Assembly (NCBI GenBank): GCA_009914755.4
Contig: CP068257.2
Coordinates: forward strand, 7,168,001-7,232,000
Direction: 5' to 3'
Source: the human T2T-CHM13v2.0 reference genome, Homo sapiens
Length of the DNA: 64,000 bases
Position 1 is the first letter of the stretch. Each line of letters begins with the position of its first letter. A program made the translations under genes and the position numbers. Below, piece by piece: positions 31,001 to 44,199 of this stretch. The notes under the pieces are model-generated. The model was not told the DNA's origin. It searched no databases and saw nothing but the letters and a program-made list of their open reading frames with translations.

Positions 31001-32150
31001 GGAATGGAGTCACCGTGAGGGGAAAGGAATGGAATGGAAAGGAATGGAATGGAATGGGAAGGAATGGAATGCAATGGAATGCAATGGTATGGAATGGAGT
31101 CAAACCGAGAGGAAAGTAATGGAATGGAATTGAATGGAATGGAATGGAATGCAATGGAACAGAATGGAATGGAATCAACCGTGTGGAATGGAATGGAAAG
31201 GAATGGAATGGAATGGAAAGGAATGGAATGCAATGGAATGGAATAGAATCAACCCGAGTGGAATGGATAGGAATGGAGTGGAATGGAATGGAACGGCATC
31301 CAATACAATGGAATCAACTAGAATGGAATGGAATGGAATGGAATGGAACGGAATCAACCTGAGTGGAATGGAATGGAATGCAGTGGAATGAATGGAATGC
31401 AATGGAATTGAACTAATGGAATGGAATTGAAACAACCCGAGTGGATTGGAATGCAATGTAATGGAATGGAATAGAATGGAATGGAATCAATCCGGGTTGA
31501 ATGGAATGGAATGGAATGGAGTGGAATAGAATGGAATGGAGTGGAATGGAATGGAATGGAACGGAATATACCCGAATATAATGTAATGGAATGGAAAGAA
31601 ATGGAATCAAGAAGAATGGAATGCAATGGATTGGAATGGAATGAAATGGAATGGAATGGAACGGAATAAACACGAGTGGAATGGAATGGAGTGGAATGGA
31701 ATGGAATGGAAAGGAATGGAATCAACCCTAGTGGAATGCTATGGAATGGAATAGAATGGAATGGAATGGAATGGAATAAAATGGTTTGGAATGGAATGGC
31801 ATCAACCCCAGTGAAATGGAATGGAATGGAATGGAATGGAACCAACCCGAGTGGAATGGAATGGAATGCAATGGAACGGAATGGAATCCACCCAAGTGGA
31901 ATGGAATGCAATGGAATGGAACGGAATGGAATGGAATGGAATGGAATGGAACCAACTGGAATGAAACGAATGGAATGGAATGGAAATGAATGGAATGGAA
32001 TGCAATCAACTGGAATGGAATGGAATGGAATGGAATGGAATGGAATGGAAAGGAATGGAATGGAATCAACCCGAATGGAATGGAATGGAATGGAATGGAA
32101 AGGAATGGAATAGATTTGAATGGAATGGAATGGAATCAACCCGAGAGGAA
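25050..32150. repeat. Large (~7 kb) duplicated block, copy 1; paralogous to ~44200-50980
   Basis: Collinear series of near-identical segments. Paired + strand ORF translations match with a few substitutions and small indels: 25089/44230, 25502/44515, 25887/44824, 26112/45084, 26342/45474, 27176/46223, 27705/46757, 28185/47337, 29005/48193, 29245/48383, 30464/49087, 31034/49702, 31481/50051, 31990/50729. The offset drifts from ~19.1 kb to ~18.7 kb. Confidence 0.8.
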
Positions 32151-32195
32151 TGGAGTGGAATGGAATAGAGTTATCCCGAGTGGAATGGAATGGAA

Positions 32196-33323
32196 TGGAA
32201 TCAACCCGAGTGCAATGGAATGCAATGAAATGGAATGGAATGGAATGGAAAGGAATTAACGAGAGTGGCATGGAATGGAATGGAATAGAATGGTATGGAA
32301 TGGAATGGAATGGAATCAGCCCGAGTGGAATGGAATGGAATGGAATGCAATGGAATGGAATGGATAGTAATGGAATGGAACAGAATGGAATGGAATAAAA
32401 TGGAATGAACCCGAATAGAATGGAAGGAATAAACGCGAGTGGAATGGAATGGAATGGAATGGAAGGGAATGGAATGGAATGGAATCAAACCGAGTGGAAT
32501 GTAATGGAAGGGAAAGGAATGAAAAGGAATGGAATGGATTGGTATGGAATCAACATTAGTGGAATAGAATGGAATGGACTGGAATGGAACAGAATGGAAT
32601 GGAATAAAATGGAATGGAATGCAATGGAATCAACAAGAATGAAATGGACTGTAATGGAATGGAATGGAATCAACCCGTGTGGAATGGAATGGAATGGAAT
32701 GGAATGGAATCAACCCTAGGGGAAGGGAAGCGAAAGGAATGGAATGGAATGGAATGGAATGGAATCAACCCGAGTGCAATGGAATGCAATGAAATGGAAT
32801 GGAATGGAATGGAAAGGAATTAACGAGAGTGGCATGGAATGGAATGGAATAGAATGGTATGGAATGGAATGGAATGGAATCAGCCCGAGTGGAATGGAAT
32901 GGAATGGAATGCAATGGAATGGAATGGATAGTAATGGAATGGAACAGAATGGAATGGAATAAAATGGAATGAACCCGAATAGAATGGAAGGAATAAACGC
33001 GAGTGGAATGGAATGGAATGGAATGGAAGGGAATGGAATGGAATGGAATCAAACCGAGTGGAATGTAATGGAAGGGAAAGGAATGAAAAGGAATGGAATG
33101 GATTGGTATGGAATCAACATTAGTGGAATAGAATGGAATGGACTGGAATGGAACAGAATGGAATGGAATAAAATGGAATGGAATGCAATGGAATCAACAA
33201 GAATGAAATGGACTGTAATGGAATGGAATGGAATCAACCCGTGTGGAATGGAATGGAATGGAATGGAATGGAATCAACCCTAGGGGAAGGGAAGCGAAAG
33301 GAATGGAATGGAATGGAATGGAA
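32196..33323. repeat. Base-perfect tandem duplication, 2 x 564 bp (copy 1 ~32196-32759, copy 2 ~32760-33323)
   Basis: I compared the two copies by eye over >340 bp and they are identical, e.g. gaatgaacccgaatagaatggaaggaataaacgcgagtgg ... caaccctaggggaagggaagcgaaaggaatgg at 32401.. and 32965... ORFs 32405-32719 = 32969-33283 and 32201-32488 = 32765-33052 are letter-identical. 564 is not a multiple of 5. Confidence 0.9.
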
Positions 33324-35880
33324 TGGAATCAACCCAAGTGGAATGTAATGGAACGCAGTGGAATGGAATGGAACGGTATGGAATGGAATAGAATGGAATG
33401 GAGGCAACTCGAGGGGAAAGGAATGGAATGGAAAGGAATGGAATGGAATGAATAGGAATGGAATGCAATGGAATGCAATGGTATGGAATGGAGTCAAACA
33501 GAGAGGAATGTAATGGAATGGAATTGAATGGAATGGAATGGAATGCAATGGAATGGAATGGAATGGAATCAACCGTGTGGAATGGAATGGAATGGAATGG
33601 AATGGAATGGAATGGAATGGAATCAACTCGATTGGAATGGAATGGAATGGAATGGAATGGAATGGAATGGAATGGAATGGAATGGAATCACCCCGAGTGG
33701 AATGGATTGGAATGGAGTGGAATGGAATGGAAAGGCATCCAATACAATGGAATCAACTAGAATGGAATGCAATGGAATGGAATAGAACGGAATCAACCTG
33801 AGTGGAATGGAATGGAATGGAGTGGAATGAATGGAATGCAATGGAATGGAAACTAATGGAATGGAATTGAAACAACCCGAGAGGAATGGAATGCAATGGA
33901 ATGGAATGGAATGGAATCAATTCGGGTTGAATGGAATGGAATGGAATGGAGTGGAATGGAATGGAATGGAGTGGAATGGACTGGAATGGAGTGGAATGGG
34001 ATGCAATGAAACAGAATGGATTGCAACGGAATCAACCCGATTGAAATGGAATGGTATGGAATGGAAAGGAATGGAATCAAAAAGAGTGTAATGCAATGGA
34101 TTGGAATGGAATGGAATGAAAAGGAATGGAATCAACACGAGTGGAATGGAATGGAATGGAATGGAAAGGAATGGAATGGAATGGAAAGGAATGGAATGGA
34201 ATGGAATAAAATGGATTGGAATGAAATGGCATCAACCCCAGTGAAATGGAATGGAACGGAATGAAAAGGAATCAACCCGAGTGGAATGGAATGGAATGCA
34301 ATGGAATGGAATGGAATCAACCCAAGTGGAATGGAAAGGAATGGAATGGAATGGAATGGAATGGAATGGAATGGAATGGAATGGAAAGCAATGGACTCAA
34401 CTGGATTGGAATGGAATGGAATGGAATGGAATCGAATGAAATGGAATGGAATGGATTGGAATGGAAAGAAATTCAACGGAATGGATTCAACCAGAATGGA
34501 ATGGAATGGAATGGAATGCGATGGAATGGATTGGAATTCAATGGAATCAAATGGAATGGTACAAATGGAATGGAATGGAATGGAATGGAATTGAATGGAA
34601 TCAACTGGAATGGAATGGAATGAAATGGAATGGAATGGAATGGAAAGGAATGGAATGGAATCAACCCCAATGGAATGGAATAGAATGGAATGGAAAGGAA
34701 TGCAATGGATTTGAATGGAATGGTATCAAATGGAATGGAATGGAATGGAATGGAATAGAATGGAATGGATTGGAATGGAATGCAATGGAATTAACCCGAG
34801 AGGAATGGAATGGAATGGAATGGAGTTATCCCGAATGGAATGGAATGGAATGGAATGGAATGGAATGGAATGGAATGGAATGGAATTAACCAGAGTGGCA
34901 TGGAATGGAATGGAATGGAATGGTATGGAATGGAATAGAATGGAATGGAATCAACTCGAGGGGAAAGGAATGGATTGGAAAGTATTGGAAGGGAATGGAA
35001 AGGAATGGAATGCAATGGAATACAATGGTATGGAAAGTAGACACCGTGAGAGGAATGGAATGAAATGGAATTGAATGGAATGGAATGAAATGCAATCGAA
35101 TGGAGTCGAATGGAATAAAACCAAGAGGAATGGAATGGAATGGAATGGAATGGAATGCAATGGAGAGGAATGGAAGGAAATGGAATGGAATGGAATGGAT
35201 AGTAATGTAACAGAACAGAATGGAATGGAATCAAACACAGTGGAATGGAAAGGAATGGAATGGAATGGAATGGAATGGAATGCAAACAACTGGAATGGAA
35301 TGAAATGGAATGGAATGGAATGGAATGCAATGGAATGGAATGGAATCAACCCGAGTGGAATGCAAAGGAATGGAAAGGAATGGAATGGAATGGAATGGAA
35401 TGGAATGGAATCAACCCTATTGGAATGGATTGGAGTGGAGTGGAATGGAATGGAACGGCATCGAATGCAGTGGAATCAACTAGAAGGGAATGGAATGGAA
35501 TAGAATGGAATGGAATGGAACGGAATCAACCTGAGTGGAATGGAATGGAATGGAATGGAATAGAATGGAATGGAAGGAATGGAATGCAATGAATGGAAAC
35601 TAATGGAATGGAATGGAAACAACCCGAGTGGAATGGAATGCAATGGAATGCAATGGAATGGAATGGAATGGAAGGGAATGGAATGGAATGGAGTTCAACA
35701 TAATAGAACCAAACCAAGTGGAATGGAATGGAATGGAAAACACTGAAATGTAATGGAATGGATTGGAATAACCAGATTCAAATGCAATGGAATGGAATGG
35801 AATTGAACGGAATGGAATGGGATGGAAAGGAATGGAATGAACTGGAATGGAATGGAAGGGAATGGAATATAATTGAATGG
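32300..35880. repeat. Duplicated block (~3.6 kb), copy 1; paralogous to ~38290-41620 (offset ~5.4-5.85 kb)
   Basis: Collinear matches: 32405 or 32969 / 38403; 33458/38972; 33831/39539; 34016/39784; 34446/40043; 34715/40452; 35075/40852; 35245/41097; 35600-36094(-) / 41318-41620(-). Confidence 0.8.
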
Positions 35881-37129
35881 AATGGAATGGAATCAATCCG
35901 GGTTGAATGGAATGGAATGGAATGGAGTGGAATGGAGTGAAATGGAATGGAATCAACCCGAGTGGAATGGAATGGAATGGAATGGAAGGGAATGAAATGG
36001 AATGGAATGAAACTGAGTAGAATGAAATGGAATGGAATGGAAAGGAAGGGAAATGAATGGAAACGAAAGGAAAGGATTGGTATGGAATCAACATTAGTGG
36101 AATGGAATGGAATGTAATGGAACAGAATGGAATGGAGTGGAATGGAATGGAATGGAATCAACCCGAGTGGAATGGAATTGAATGGTATGGAATGGAATGG
36201 AATTGGATCAACCCGAGTGGAATGGAATGGAATGGAATGGAATGGAATGGAATGGAATGGAATCAACCCGAGTTGAATGGAATAGAAAGGAATGGAATGG
36301 AACGGAATGGAATGGAATGGAATGGAATCAACCCGAGTGGAATGGAATGGAATAGAATGGAATTGAGTCAACCCGAATGGAATGGAATGCAATGCAATGG
36401 AATGGAATTGAACGGTATGGAATGGAATAGAATGGAATGGAGTCACCGTGAGGGGAAAGGAATGGAATGGAAAGGAATGCAATGGAATGGGAAGGAATGG
36501 AATGCAATGGAATGGATTGGTATGGAATGGAGTAAAACCGAGAGGAATGTAACGGAATGGAATTGAAAGGAATGGAATGGAATGGAATCAACCGTGTGGA
36601 ATGGAATGGAAAGGAATGGAATGGAATGGAATGGAATGGAATGGAATGGAATGGAATGCAATGGAATGGAATGGAATCAACTCGATTGGAATGGAATGGA
36701 ATGTAATGGAATCAACCCGAGTGGAATGGATTGGAATGGAGTGGAATGGAATGGAACTGCATCCAATACAATGGAATCAACTAGAATGGAATGGAATGGA
36801 ATGGAATGGAATGGAATGGAATGGAATGGAACGGAATCAACCTGAGTGGAATGGAATGGAATGCAGTGGAATGAATGGAATGCAATGGAATTGAAACTAA
36901 TGGAATGGAATTGAAACAACCCGAGTGGATTGGAATGCAATGGAATGGAATGGAATAGAATGGAATGCAATCAATCCGGGTTGAATGGAATGGAATGCAA
37001 TGGAGTGGAATAGAATGGAATGGAGTGGAATGGAATGGAATGGAATGCAAGGAAATGGAATGGAATGGAACGGAAAGTACCCGAATGGAATGTAATGGAA
37101 TGGAAAGAAATGGAATCAACAAGAGTGGA

Positions 37130-39600
37130 ATTCAATGGATTGCTAAGGTATGGAATGGAATGGAATGGAATGGAATGGAATGGAATCAACCCTAGTGGAA
37201 TGGAGTGGAATGGAATGGAACGGCATCGAATGCAGTGGAATCAACTATAATGAAATGGAATGGAATGGAATGGAATAGAATGGAATGGAATGGAACAGAA
37301 TCAAACTGAGTGGAATGGAATGGAATGGAATGGAATGCATGGAATGCAATGAATGGAAACTAATGGAATGGAATGGAAACAACGCAACTGGAATGGAATG
37401 CAATGGAATGCAATGGAATGCAATGGAATGGAATGGAATGGAATGGAATGGAATGGAATGGATTGGAATCAACCAGATTCCAATGCAATGGAATGGAATG
37501 GAATGGAAGGGAATGGAACGGGATGCAAAGGAACGGAATGAACTGGAATGGAATGGAATATAATTGAATGGAATGGAATGGAATCAACACAAGTGGAGTG
37601 AAATGGAATGGAACAGAAATGAATGGAATGTAATGGAACGTAATGGAATTAACTTGAGGTGAATGGAATGGAATGGGATGGAATGGAATGGAATAATCCC
37701 GAGTGGAATGGAATGGAAAGGAATGCAATGGAATGGAATGGAGTGGAATGCATTGGAATCAACTGGAAAGGAATGGAATGCAAAGGAATGCATTGGAATC
37801 AACTGGAATGGCATGGAATGGAGTGGAATGCAATGGAATGGAATCCATCCGGGTTGAATGGAAAAAAATGGAAAGGAGTCGAATGGAACGCAATGGAGTG
37901 CAATGGAATGGAATGGAATGGAATGGAAAGGAATCAACACGAATGGAATGGAATGGAATGCAATGGAATGGAATGGAACGGAATGCTTTGGAAACAACCC
38001 TAGTGGAAAGGAATGGAATGGAATGGAATGGAAAGGAATGGAATGGAATCAACCCAAGAGGAATGGAATGGAATGGAATGGAATGGAATGGAATGCAATG
38101 GAATGGAATGGAACGGAATGCTTTGGAAACAACCCTAGTGGAATGGAATGGAATGGAATGGAATGGAAAGGAATGGAATGGAATCAACCCAAGAGGAATG
38201 GAATGGAATGGAATGGAATGGAATGGAAGGGAAAGGAGTGGAATGGAATGGAATCAACCAGAGTGGAATGGAATGGAATGGAATGGAATGGAATGGAATG
38301 GAATGGAATGGAATCAGCCCGAGTGGAATGGAAAGGAATGGAATGCAATGGAATGGAATGGATAGTAATGGAATGGAACAGAATGAAATGGAATAAAATG
38401 CAATGAACCCAAAGAGAATGGAAGGAATCAACCCGAGTGGAATGGAATGGAATGGAATGGAAGGGAATGGGATGGAATGGAATCAAACTGAGTGGAATGT
38501 AATGGAAGAGAAAGGAATGAAAAGGAATGGAATGGATTGGTATGGAATCAACATTAGTGGAATAGAATGGAATGGACTGGAATGGAACAGAATGGAATAG
38601 AATAAAATGGAATGGAATGCAATGGAATCAACAAGAATGAAATGGACTGTAATGGAATGGAATGGAATCAACCCGTGTGGAATGGAATGGAATGGAATGT
38701 AATGGAATGCAATGGAATGGAATCAACCCGAGTGGAAAGGAAGGGAAAGGAATGGAATGGAATGGAATGGAATGGAATGCAATGGAATGGAATAAAGCCG
38801 AGTGGAATGGAAAGGAATGGAATGGAATGGAATGGAATGGTATCAACCCAAGTGGAATGTAATGGAAAGCAGTGGAATGGAATGGAACGGTATGGAATGG
38901 AATAGAATGGAATGGAGGCAACTCGAGGGGAATGGAATGGAATGGAAAGGAGTGGAATGGAATGAATAGGAATGTTATGCAATGGAATGCAATGGTATGG
39001 AATGGAGTCAAACAGAGCGGAATGTAATGGAATGGAATTGAATGGAATGGAATGGAATGGAATGCAATGGAATGGAATGGAATGGAATCAACCGTGTGGA
39101 ATGGAATGGAATGGAATCGAATGGAATGGAATGGAATGGAATGGAATGGAATCCACTCGATTGGAATGGAATGGAATGGAGTGGAATGGAATGGAATGGA
39201 GTCAACCCGAGTGGAATGGATTGGAATGGAGTGGAATGGAATGGAAAGGCATCGAATACAATGGAATCAACTAGAATGGAATGGAATGGAATGGAATGCA
39301 ATGGAATGGAATCAACCGTGTGGAATGGAATGGAAAGGAATGGAATGGAATGGAATGGAATGGAATGCAATGGAATGGAATGGAATCAACTCGATTGGAA
39401 TGGAATGGAATGGAATGGAATCAACCCGAGTGGAACGGATTGGAATGGAGTGGAATGGAATGGAACTGCATCCAATACAATGGAATCAACTAGAATGGAA
39501 TGGAATGGAATGGAATGGAATGGAATGCAGTGGAATGAATGGAATGCAATGGAATGGAAACTAATGGAATGGAATTGAAGCAACCCGAGTGGAATGGAAT
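37130..39600. repeat. Duplicated block, copy 1; paralogous to ~51510-53700 (offset ~14.3 kb)
   Basis: Matches 37285/51544, 37659-37703/52013-52017, 37858/52211, 38403/52700, 38612/52939, 38972/53269, 39539/53632. Confidence 0.7.
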
Positions 39601-41620
39601 GCAATGGAATGGAATGGAATGGAATGGAATGGAATGGAATGGAATGGAATGGAATCAATCCGGGTTGAATGGAATGGAATGGAATGGAGTGGAATGGAAT
39701 GGAATGGAGTGGAATGGAATGGAATGGAGTGGAATGGAATAGAATGGAGTGGAATGGACTGGAATGGAATGCAATGAAACAGAATGGAATGCAACGGAAT
39801 CAACCCGAATGGAATGGAATGGTATGGAATGGAAAGGAATGGAATAAACAAGAGTGAAATGCAATGGATTGGAAAGGAATGGAATGAAATGGAATGGAAT
39901 CAACACGACTGGAATGGAATGGAATGGAATAGAAAGGAATGGAATGGAATGGAACGGAATAAAATGGATTGGAATGGAATGGCATCCACCCCAGTGAAAT
40001 GGAATGGAACGGAATGAAAAGGAATCAACCCGAGTGGAATGAATGGAATGCAATGGAATGGAATGGAATCAACCCGAGTGGAATGGAAAGGAATGGAATG
40101 GAATGGAATGGAATGGAATGGAATGGAATGGAATGGAATGCAATGGACTCAACTGGATTGGAATGGAATGGAATGGAATGGAATGGAATGGAATGGAATG
40201 GATTGGAATGGAAAGAAATTCAACGGAATGGATTCAACCAGAATGGAATGGAATGGAATGGAATGCGATGGAATGGATTGGAATTCAATGGAATCAACTG
40301 GAATGGTACGAATGGAATGGAATGGAATGGAATGGAATTGAATGGAATCAACTGGAATGGAATGGAATGGAATGGAATGGAAAGGAATGGAATGGAATCA
40401 ACCCCAATGGAATGGAATAGAATGGAATGGAAAGGAATGCAATGGATTTGAATGGAATGGTATCAAATGGAATGGAATGGAATGGAATGGAATGGAATGG
40501 AATGGAATGGAATGGAATGGATTGGAATGGAATGGAATCAACCCGAGAGGAATGGAATGGAATGGAATGGAATGGAATGGAATGGAATCAACCCGAGAGG
40601 AATGGAATGGAATGGAATGGAGTTATCCCGAGTGGAATGGAATGGAAAGGAATGGAATCAAACCAAGTGCAATGGAATGGAATGCAATGGAATGGAATGG
40701 AATGGGATGGAATTAACGAGAGTGGCATGGAATGGAATGGAATGGAATGGTATGGAATGGAATAGAATGGAATGGAATCAACTCGAGGGGAAAGTAATGG
40801 ATTGGAAAGTATTGGAATGGAATGGAAAGGAATGTAATGTAATGGAATGCAATGGTATGGAATGTAGACACCGTGAGAGGAATGGAATTAAATGGAATTG
40901 AATGGAATGGAATGAAATGCAATCGAATGGAGTCGAATGGAATAAAACCTAGAGGAATGGAATGGAATGGAATGGAATGGAATGAAATGGAATGGAATGG
41001 AATGCAATGGATAGGAATGGAATGGAATGGAATGGAATGGACTGGAATGGATAGTAATGGAACGGAACAGAATGGAATGGAATCAAACACAGTGGAATGG
41101 AATGGAATGGAATGCAATGGAATGGATTGGAATGGAATCAACTGGAATGGAATGAAATGGAATGGAATGGAATGGAATGCAATGGAATGGAATGGAATCA
41201 ACCCGAGTGGAATGCAATGGAATGGAAAGGAATGGAATGGAATGGAATGGAATCAACCTTAGTGGAATCGAATGGAATGGAGTGGAATGGAATGGAATGG
41301 CATCGAATGCAGTGGAATCAACTAGAATGGAATGGAATGGAATGGAATGGAATGGAATGGAACGGAATCAACCTGAGTGTAAAGAAATGGAATGGAATGG
41401 AATGGAAGGAATGGAATGGAATGGAGTTCAACATAATGGAACCAAACCAAGTGGAATGGAATGGAATGGAAAGCACTGAAATGTGATGGAATGGATTAGA
41501 ATCAACCAGATTCCAATGCAATGGAAGGGAATGGAATGGAAGGGAATGGAATGGGATGGAAAGGAATGGAATGAACTGGAATGGAATGGAATATAATTGA
41601 ATGGAATGGAATGGAAGCAA
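38290..41620. repeat. Duplicated block, copy 2; paralogous to ~32300-35880
   Basis: As above. The two copies diverge after ~41620 / ~35880. Confidence 0.8.
39085..39520. repeat. Local ~220-bp tandem duplication present only in this copy of the higher-order unit
   Basis: caaccgtgtggaatgg at ~39090 and ~39313. cat[cg][ca]aatacaatggaatcaactagaatgg at ~39251 and ~39466. The paralogous regions at ~33530-33800, ~36580-36850, ~49800-50050 and ~53330-53590 carry a single copy. Confidence 0.6.
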
Positions 41621-42160
41621 CCCAGGTGGATAGGAATGAAATGGAATGGAAATGAATGGAATGGAATGGAACGTAATGGAATTAACTAGAGATGAATGGA
41701 ATGGAACGGAATGGGATGGAATTGAATGGAATCATCCCGAGTGGAATGGAATGGAAAGGAATGCAATGGAATGGAATGGAGTGGAATGCATTCGAATCAA
41801 CTAGAATGGAATGGAATGGAATGGAATGGAATGGAATGGAATGGAATGAAATCAATCCGGGTTGAATGGAATGGAATGGAATGGAGTGGAATGGAACGCA
41901 ATGGAGTGGAATGGAAAGGAATGGAATAGAATGGAATAAACCCGAATGGAACGGAATGGAATGGTATGGAATGGAATGGAATGGAATGGAATGCAGCGGA
42001 ATGCTATGGAATCAACCTGAGTGGAATGGAAATGAATGGAATGAAATGAAATGGAATGGATTCCACCCAAGTGAAAAGGAATGGAATGGAATGCAACGGA
42101 ATCAACCGGAGTGGAATGGAATGGAAAGGAATGGAATGGAATGGAATGGAATGGAAAGGA

Positions 42161-43040
42161 ATGGAATTGAATCAACCAAAGAGGAATGGAATGGAATGCA
42201 ATCAACCCTAGTGTAATGGAATGGAATGGAATGAAAAGTAATGGAATGGAACGGTATGGAATCAAACCGAGTGGAATGGTATGGAATGGAACGGAATGGA
42301 ACGGAAAGGACTGGAATAAATTGTTATGGAATGGAATGGAATCAACCAGAGGGAAATAGAAAGGAATGTAATAGGATGGAATAAACCCGAGTGAAATAGA
42401 ATGGAATGGAATGGAAGGGAATGGAATGGTATGGAATGTCATGGAATCGAATGGAATGGAATCAACCCAAGTGGAATGGAACGGAATGGAATGGAACGGA
42501 ATGGGATGCAGTGGAATGGAATGGAATGGAATGAAATCAACCCGAGTGGAATGGAATGGAATGGAAAGGAATGGCATGGAATGGAATGGAATGGAACGGA
42601 ATGGAATTGAATCAACCAAAGAGGAATGGAATGGAATGCAATCAACCCTAGTGTAATGGAATGGAATGGAATGAAAAGTAATGGAATGGAACGGTATGAA
42701 ATCAAACCGAGTGGAATGGTATGGAATGGAAAGGAATGGAACGGAAAGGACTGGAATAAAATGTTATGGAATGGAATGGAATCAACCAGACGGAAATAGA
42801 AAGGAATGTAATAGGATGGAATAAACCCGAGTGAAATAGAATGGAATGGAATGGAAGGGAATGGAATGGTATGGAATGTCATGGAATCGAATGGAATGGA
42901 ATCAACCCAAGTGGAATGGAACGGAATGGAATGGAACGGAATGGGATGCAGTGGAATGGAATGCAATGGAATGAAATCAACCCGAGTGGAATGGAATGGA
43001 ATGGAATGGAAAGGAATGGCATGGAATGGAATGGAATGCA
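42161..43040. repeat. Near-perfect tandem duplication, 2 x ~440 bp (~98-99 % identical)
   Basis: aattgaatcaaccaaagaggaatggaatggaatgcaatcaaccctagtgtaatgg starts both copies (42161, 42601). I counted only ~6 point differences and one extra ggaat unit. ORFs 42401-42610 and 42841-43104 are nearly identical. Confidence 0.85.
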
Positions 43041-44199
43041 ATCAGCCCGAGTGGAATGGAATGGAATGGAAAGGAATGGCATGGAATGTAATGTAATTGA
43101 ATAAACCCGAGTGGAATAGAATGGAATGAATGGAATGGAATGGAATGGAATAGAATGGAATGGAATGGAATGGAATGAAATGGAATGGAATGGAATGGAA
43201 TCAACCCGAGTGGAATGGAATGGAATGGCATGGAATGGAATGGATTTAACCCGAGTGGCATGGAATGGAATCTAATGGAATGCAATGGAATGGAATGGAA
43301 TGGTATAGAATGGAATAGAATGGAAAGGAATCAACTCGAGGGGAAAGAAATGGAATGGAAAGGAATGGAATGGAAGAGATAGGAATGGAATGCAATGGAA
43401 TGCAATGGTATGGAATGGAGTCAACTCGAGAGGAATGTAATGTAATGTAATGGAATGGAATGGAATGGAATGCAATGGAATGGAGTTTAATGGAATAAAC
43501 ACCAGAGGAATGCAATGGAATGGCATGGAAAGGAATGGTATGGATAAGAATGGAATGGACTGGAATGCAATGGAATGGAATGAACTGGAATGGAAGGGAA
43601 TGGAATGAAATCAAAAAAAGTGAAGTGGAATGGAATGGAATGGAATTGAATGGAATGGAATGGAATGGTATGGAATCAACCCGAGTGGAATAGTATGGAA
43701 TGGAATGGAATGGAACGGAATGGAATGGAATAAAATGGAATGGAATGGAATGCAATCAACCCGAGTGAAATGGAATGGAATAGAATGGAATGGAATCAAC
43801 CCGAGTGGAATGGAATGGAATGGAATAGAATGGAATGGAGTGGAGTGGAATGGAGTGGAATCAACCAGAGTGGAATGGAATGTAATGGAATGCAATGGAA
43901 TGGAATGGAATCAACACGGGTGGAATGGAATGGAATGGACGGCAATGGAATGGAATGCATTGGAATCAACTGGAATGGACTGGAATGGAATGGAATGGAA
44001 TGGAATGGAATGGAATCAATCCGGTTTGAATGGAATAAAATGGAATGGAGTCGAATGGAAAGCAATGGAGTGGAATGGAATGGAATGGAATGGAATGGAA
44101 TGGAATGGAAACAACTAGAGTGGAATGGAATTGAATGGAGTGGAATGGAATGGAATGGAATGGCATGGAATGGAATGGAATGGAATCAACCTGAGTAGA

